The notes under the pieces are model-generated. The model made no database searches and was not told the DNA's origin. It worked only from the letters and a program-made list of their open reading frames with translations. The translations under genes were made by a program, and so were the position numbers. From Haliotis rufescens (lineage: Eukaryota), in contig NW_025963780.1 in assembly GCF_023055435.1 (NCBI RefSeq), forward strand, positions 31,310,001 through 31,374,000: a stretch of DNA of 64,000 nucleotides, read 5' to 3'. The stretch's first letter is position 1. Each line of letters opens with the position of its first letter. Positions 58,891 through 64,000 of this stretch are shown one piece after another.

Positions 58891-60399
58891 TGGTAAACAC
58901 TATCTTGGATGTAGCCGTCCGAAGTGTTCTGATAGATCAAGCCTGAATCAGTGCACATTATCTGTTCCGATCGTTTTTTTTAAAGAAATGCATTATCATT
59001 TTAATCCGATACTAGCATTAAAAATATTTGCCCATCCATTATATTGTATTGCTTTCTGCTGTGTCGACTGGAAGCACACAACGCTGTAGACATTGGGAGC
59101 CAGTGTTAAATTAACGGACGTCATGTATCCAGCTAAAGGCATGACGAGTCTCCACAATAACGTATCGACTGTCGAAGGGTGTCAATTATGTCGCTATAAT
59201 CAGAGCAAGTGTAATTACACGTGTAGCGACAGATAATAAGATCTATTGACGGACAGAGTATGCACTGATATGAGACCCGACCAGATCGGCATTCAGGCTG
59301 CGTCATCGTATGTGAGGGTAATAAATATGATCACGCAGGCCATTAAGATTTTGTATCTACCATTATCACGAAACAATTTAGGTCTATTCACAATTTAAAA
59401 TCAATATGCCCATCCCACCCATTAGCAACGACACCATTGCGTTGATTATGTTTGTAATATAATCGATTTGTGACAGAAACAAGCGTTTGCAGAGATAGGA
59501 TAAGTGTATCGAGTTGTATGGTCCGGAGTTTCTATTGTACCGCATGCAAATTGTGCAAATAAGTTTGATCAATTAAAAAATTTAGAAAATCTCTTCATTT
59601 ATGTGGAAATATTATATCTTCATAGTTGTTGGTTGTGGAGCACATAACGGAGTGTTCGGTATATTAGCAACGGAAACAACAGATAGAAACAGATCAATCA
59701 TCTCAGTCCATTAGGAGATAGGCGGTTGAGGTATTACCAGTCATTTACAAACTGAGCAATGTTAATTCATTGATTTAGTTGTAATATATAGTTTAAAAGC
59801 AATTGGTCGGCACTTACATGACAGAAGTAATGACAGCGCTGGAGCAACTGGGAGAACCTGTGTTAGCCACGGTCTCTTGCAGGTAGAATCTGAGTGTTTT
59901 TCTGGTGTGACCTCGGTCAATGCTGGGGACATAGTATCTCTTCTGAAAGTGTTCCTGGTGTTGGCTTCCGCCTTGGATTAAGACCGAATTTCTCTTGAAG
60001 GTGTTGCTTGGCATGAGACTGAATATCGTCTTTTGTTGATGGAACTGTTTTGAAGGTCCCTCTGAACGTCCTTCCGGTGTGGATCTCCGTCTTTGGGTTG
60101 AGAAAAGACTCACCCTGCTGTGTGAATGGCAGATTTACATTCCACTGTGGACGCCATTGCTCGGAAGGAGACCTCAGCCTGGCTATACTGACGCTGTGGT
60201 GGCCAACATCGGCAATAGACACCTGTGTTATGTACTGCATATAGGACTCTCGAACCTTGAAGAATAGACAACTGTTGAACAAGTACCCGTATCATACGCT
60301 TACACATTGCGTTCATGTAGGGCATTGAATCTGGATCATCCACACCAACATATCACGCCCTAATTGTTTAAAAATTCTGATTTCGATTTTGATGAAAAC

Positions 60400-61530
60400 A
60401 TGCAGAGTGTTCTATTCAACTATGCTGCTTTGATGTTGTCCGTGGTGTTTTTGTTGAGATGTTGCTGCTGTGAACCGGACCCTGAGAGACGGCAACAGCA
60501 ACGACTGAAGCAGGATCTCCTGTACAACTACTCCACCACGGTGTCGCCCCAAGGGACGGCAAGTAGGGTCATGGTCTCTGTGTCATTCGCTGTCATAGCT
60601 GTGATAGCCGTGGAAGAAGCCAATCAGATGTTCCGCTTAAGTGGCGCTCTGACTATGTCTTGGACGGATCCTTGGTTGACATGGGACAGGAGCAATGATA
60701 TCGAAAAGCTTGAATTTGAACCTGAGGAGATATGGACCCCAAATTTCGTGATTGCAAACGGTGTAGGTAGCAAGATTTCCTCTTTGTCCGCAAGTATGCC
60801 AATCTCCGTTTACCCTTCTGGCACGGCAAGGATGTTCATGATAAATGAATTTGAGACAATTTGTAATTTGGATGTGGTACGGTATCCCTATGATGAACAG
60901 GTGTGTCGCATAACGGTTATCAGTTTGTTTAACTTAGATTTTGGACTGGGAAATCAAGAATATACCAACATTTTTTCTACATACTTTACTGGTAGCAGTG
61001 AATGGGAGTTGGTTAACAAAACCATTAGCGTTAAACGAGTCGCTGATCGTATTCCGTACGTTGACCTCGAATTCCGACTACGGCGTCACAGCATCTTCTA
61101 CACCCTAAGCGTCATCTTTCCAATGTGTCTTCTCTCCTTCCTCAACGCCTGTGTATTCCTGCTGCCCGCGGCCTCAGGGGAGAAGGTCTCCTTCCTCGTC
61201 TCCATCTTCGTGTCCGAAGCAGTGTTCCTCAACTACATTAATGACGCTATCCCCAAGTCCGGCAATGCCTCTCGCCTCACTATCTATCTGGTTCTGCTTC
61301 TGTCACAGAGCGCCCTGGCTCTGCTCGCCACTCTCCTGGTCATAAACACTCACCATCGACAGGGGGCGTTGCTTTGTCGCCTCCGTAAGAAGATCGCAGT
61401 TCAAAGCACAAGTCCATTGGAGAGAGGCGATGACATCAAGAACGATGAAGCAGCAGACAGACTCGATAAAATTATGTTTGTCCTGTTTGTGTTGATGGCC
61501 GCACTCTCAATACTTGTGTTTCGTATATAG
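60400..61530 (+). CDS. Intronless Cys-loop ligand-gated ion channel subunit (divergent nAChR-like, non-alpha), copy 2, 376 aa
   Basis: Paralog of copy 1 with about 19 amino-acid substitutions and one codon indel; intact ORF. Confidence 0.93.
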   Translation: MQSVLFNYAALMLSVVFLLRCCCCEPDPERRQQQRLKQDLLYNYSTTVSPQGTASRVMVSVSFAVIAVIAVEEANQMFRLSGALTMSWTDPWLTWDRSNDIEKLEFEPEEIWTPNFVIANGVGSKISSLSASMPISVYPSGTARMFMINEFETICNLDVVRYPYDEQVCRITVISLFNLDFGLGNQEYTNIFSTYFTGSSEWELVNKTISVKRVADRIPYVDLEFRLRRHSIFYTLSVIFPMCLLSFLNACVFLLPAASGEKVSFLVSIFVSEAVFLNYINDAIPKSGNASRLTIYLVLLLSQSALALLATLLVINTHHRQGALLCRLRKKIAVQSTSPLERGDDIKNDEAADRLDKIMFVLFVLMAALSILVFRI

Positions 61531-61605
61531 CATACATACAAGTCACTGTGGTAACGTGATAAACGTTTTGTTTTTAACATTTGGTGGCCAGATTTTAATA
61601 ATAAT

Positions 61606-62068
61606 ATGTCTGAATCTTTTGTCCCTTTGGACACTAATGTGATTGACAAGATTCAGAAAAAACATGGCAAATATGCAGACCCCGCTTTCGAAATGTAACG
61701 CTTGCATCTCGAGTATCAAGTTGTCCGACTCCCCATTGTTCTCGGTGCCTTAGATTTGGAACATCCCGATTATTTTACTGACATTGGGAGAGAACACGGG
61801 TTTGCTACCAGGAATACAACCTTTCTGACAATCTGGGTAATGCAGAAAGCTGCAGTGTTGGGGAGTCTTCACATTCTCCGAAAAGTTCTCGGTGGGTTTC
61901 TTTAGGCAGCGCTTCCTGGGAGGAGTCACATTCGCTGTCTGGGGTGCGTGCAGAGGGGGCAAGGGCCCTGAGCTGGTGATGAGCCTAACAAGTCTGTCTG
62001 TGTCAGGATCACCCAAACCCTCTTTGCTGCATTTTTTATTTTAATCTGTAAATGATAATAATAATAAT
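61606..62068 (+). mobile_element. 5'-truncated R4/Dong-type retrotransposon fragment (duplicate)
   Basis: VPLDTNVIDKIQKKHGKYADPAFEM*RLHLEYQVVRLPIVLGAL...MQKAAVLGSLHILRKVL; (TAA)n flanks. Confidence 0.75.
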
Positions 62069-62534
62069 GCCCAAATGACAACTTTTGGTACTTTACGTGA
62101 TGTAAATACTTTGTAAAATATGCTTACATTAATACGATATTATGACGAAGACCATTGTGAACACGACACTAAAAGCCACGTATGCTTTAAAACTGTTTGA
62201 ACTCGATTGCTGCACGTGTTCCAAGTACTCTGAATAACAACGTGTGTTCGTGTGTAGTGTATATGTATTCAGTATCAGATATGTCGTCTCAGTTTGATTG
62301 AGTGTCTAGAAGTTGTTTTTTGTCATATTGTGACTTGCTGGCCATCCACTATTGTCAGTTTTTTCAAAATAGTATATCATTTCACATTACACTTTAACAA
62401 TTTGTAATTTGACATTTCTCTTAAGCAAGGTAGTAAATACTTTCTGTACTGCCTTTTCTTATAACGAGGTGTTCTTTTGCCACAAGGAATGGATTTATTA
62501 GTAAGTATTGCGATAAGCCAAAGAGGCAATATTC

Positions 62535-64000
62535 ACACGGTCAGCGGAGAAGATAGTGTTGTCATAGGTACAGAACCTCACGTCACACAGTCAGTGGAGA
62601 AGATAGTGTTGTCAGTGGGTAAAGAACATCACGTCACACAATCACTGGCGAATATAGTGTTGTCAGTGGGTATAGAACCTCTTCACACAGTCAGTGCAGA
62701 AGATAGTGTTGTCAGTTGGTATAGAACCTCACGTCACACAGTCAGTGGAGAAGATAGTGTTGTCAGTGGGTAAAGAACCGCACGTCACACAGTCAGTGGA
62801 AAAGATACCTTTGTCAGTGGGTATAGAACCTCATGTCACACAATAAGTGGAGAGGAAACCGTTGTCAGTGGGTATAGAACCTCACGTCACACAGTCAGTG
62901 CAGAAGATAGTGTTGTCAGTGGGTATAGAACCTCACGTCACACACTCAGTGCAGAAGATAGTGTTGTGGGTAGGTATAGAAAATCACGTCACACAGTCAG
63001 TGGAGAAGATAGTGTTGTCAGTAGGTATAGAACCTCACGTCACACAGTCAGTGGAGAAGATAGTGTTGTCAGTGGGTATAGAACCTCACGTCACACAGTC
63101 AGTGGAGAAGATAGTGTTGTCAGTGGGTATAGAACCTCACGTCACACAATCAGTGGAGAAGATATTGTTGTCAGTGGGTATAGAACCTCACGTCACACAA
63201 TCAGTGGAGAAGTTAGTGTTGTCATAGGTACAGAACCTCACGTCACACAGTCAGTGGAGAAGATAGTGTTGTCAGTGGGTAAAGAACATCACGTCACACA
63301 ATCACTGGCGAATATAGTGTTGTCAGTGGGTATAGAACCTCTTCACACAGTCAGTGCAGAAGATAGTGTTGTCAGTTGGTATAGAACCGCACGTCACACA
63401 GTCAGTGGAAAAGATACCTTTGTCAGTTGGTATAGAACCTCATGTCACACAATAAGTGGAGAGGAAACCGTTGTCAGTGGGTATAGAACCTCACGTCACA
63501 CAGTCAGTGCAGATGATAGTGTTGTCAGTTGGTATAGAACCACATGTCACACACTCAGTGCAGAAGATAGTGTTGTGGGTAGGTATAGAAAATCACGTCA
63601 CACAGTCAGTGGAGAAGATAGTGTTGTCAGTAGGTATAGAACCTCACGCCACACAGTCAGTGGAGAAGAGAGTTGTCAGTAGGTATAGAACCTCACGTCA
63701 CAGTCAGTGGAGAAGATAGTGTTGTGAGTTGGTATAGAACCTCACGTCACACAATCAGTGGAGGAGATAGTGATGTCAGTCGGTATACAACCTCACGTCA
63801 CACAGTCAGTGCAGATGAAAGTGTTGTCAGTTGGTATAGAACCTCACGTCACACAATCAGTAGAGAAGATAGAGTTATCAGTGGGTATAGAAGCTCACGT
63901 CACACAATCAGTGGAGAAGATAGTGTTGTCAGTGGGTATAGAACCTCACGTCACGAAGTCAGTGCAGATGATAGTGTTGTCAGTGGGTATAGAACCTCAC
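62535..64000. repeat. 51-bp minisatellite (duplicate, longer)
   Basis: Same unit as 53437-54645; runs off the window. Confidence 0.95.

Larger units (their letters stand above)
57326..64000 (+). repeat. Segmental duplication unit 2 (runs off the window)
   Basis: Same order as unit 1: upstream region, receptor ORF, LINE fragment, 51-bp minisatellite. Confidence 0.9.

Noticed and set aside
53598-63719. 17-aa repeat ORFs (VGIEPHVTQSVEKIVLS / SGYRTSRHTVSGEDSVV)
   Set aside because: They come from the 51-bp minisatellite, are open in several frames, and have stops and frameshifts that differ between the duplicate copies.

Overview
Intron-rich animal genomic DNA, most likely a gastropod mollusc (the tRNA-derived SINEs with (ACTC)n tails look abalone-like; the taxon is inference). 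Three gene systems are present. (1) A large progranulin gene on the minus strand (CDS 29726->7146). Most of it is a young tandem array of 228-nt, phase-0 exons of two alternating types (A and B), each encoding the C-half of one granulin, a linker and the N-half of the next. It predicts about 1415 aa and 18 granulin domains, plus one dead exon copy. (2) TMEM19 on the plus strand (6 coding exons, 34134-44967, 324 aa), head-to-head with progranulin across a compact promoter carrying M-box/CLEAR, MEF2 and DR1 motifs. One of its introns is almost entirely minisatellite. (3) Two tandemly duplicated, intronless, divergent Cys-loop (nAChR-like) channel genes (51278-52411 and 60400-61530). They have lost the acetylcholine-binding aromatic box, have an atypical M2 gate, differ from each other mainly in the extracellular domain, and are each followed by a 3' fragment of an R4/Dong-type retrotransposon. 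They are candidate chemosensory receptors analogous to cephalopod chemotactile receptors. The rest is SINEs of three families (many with clean target-site duplications, TSDs), MITEs, a Helentron-like fragment and several minisatellites. Most short ORFs in the track are artefacts of these repeats.
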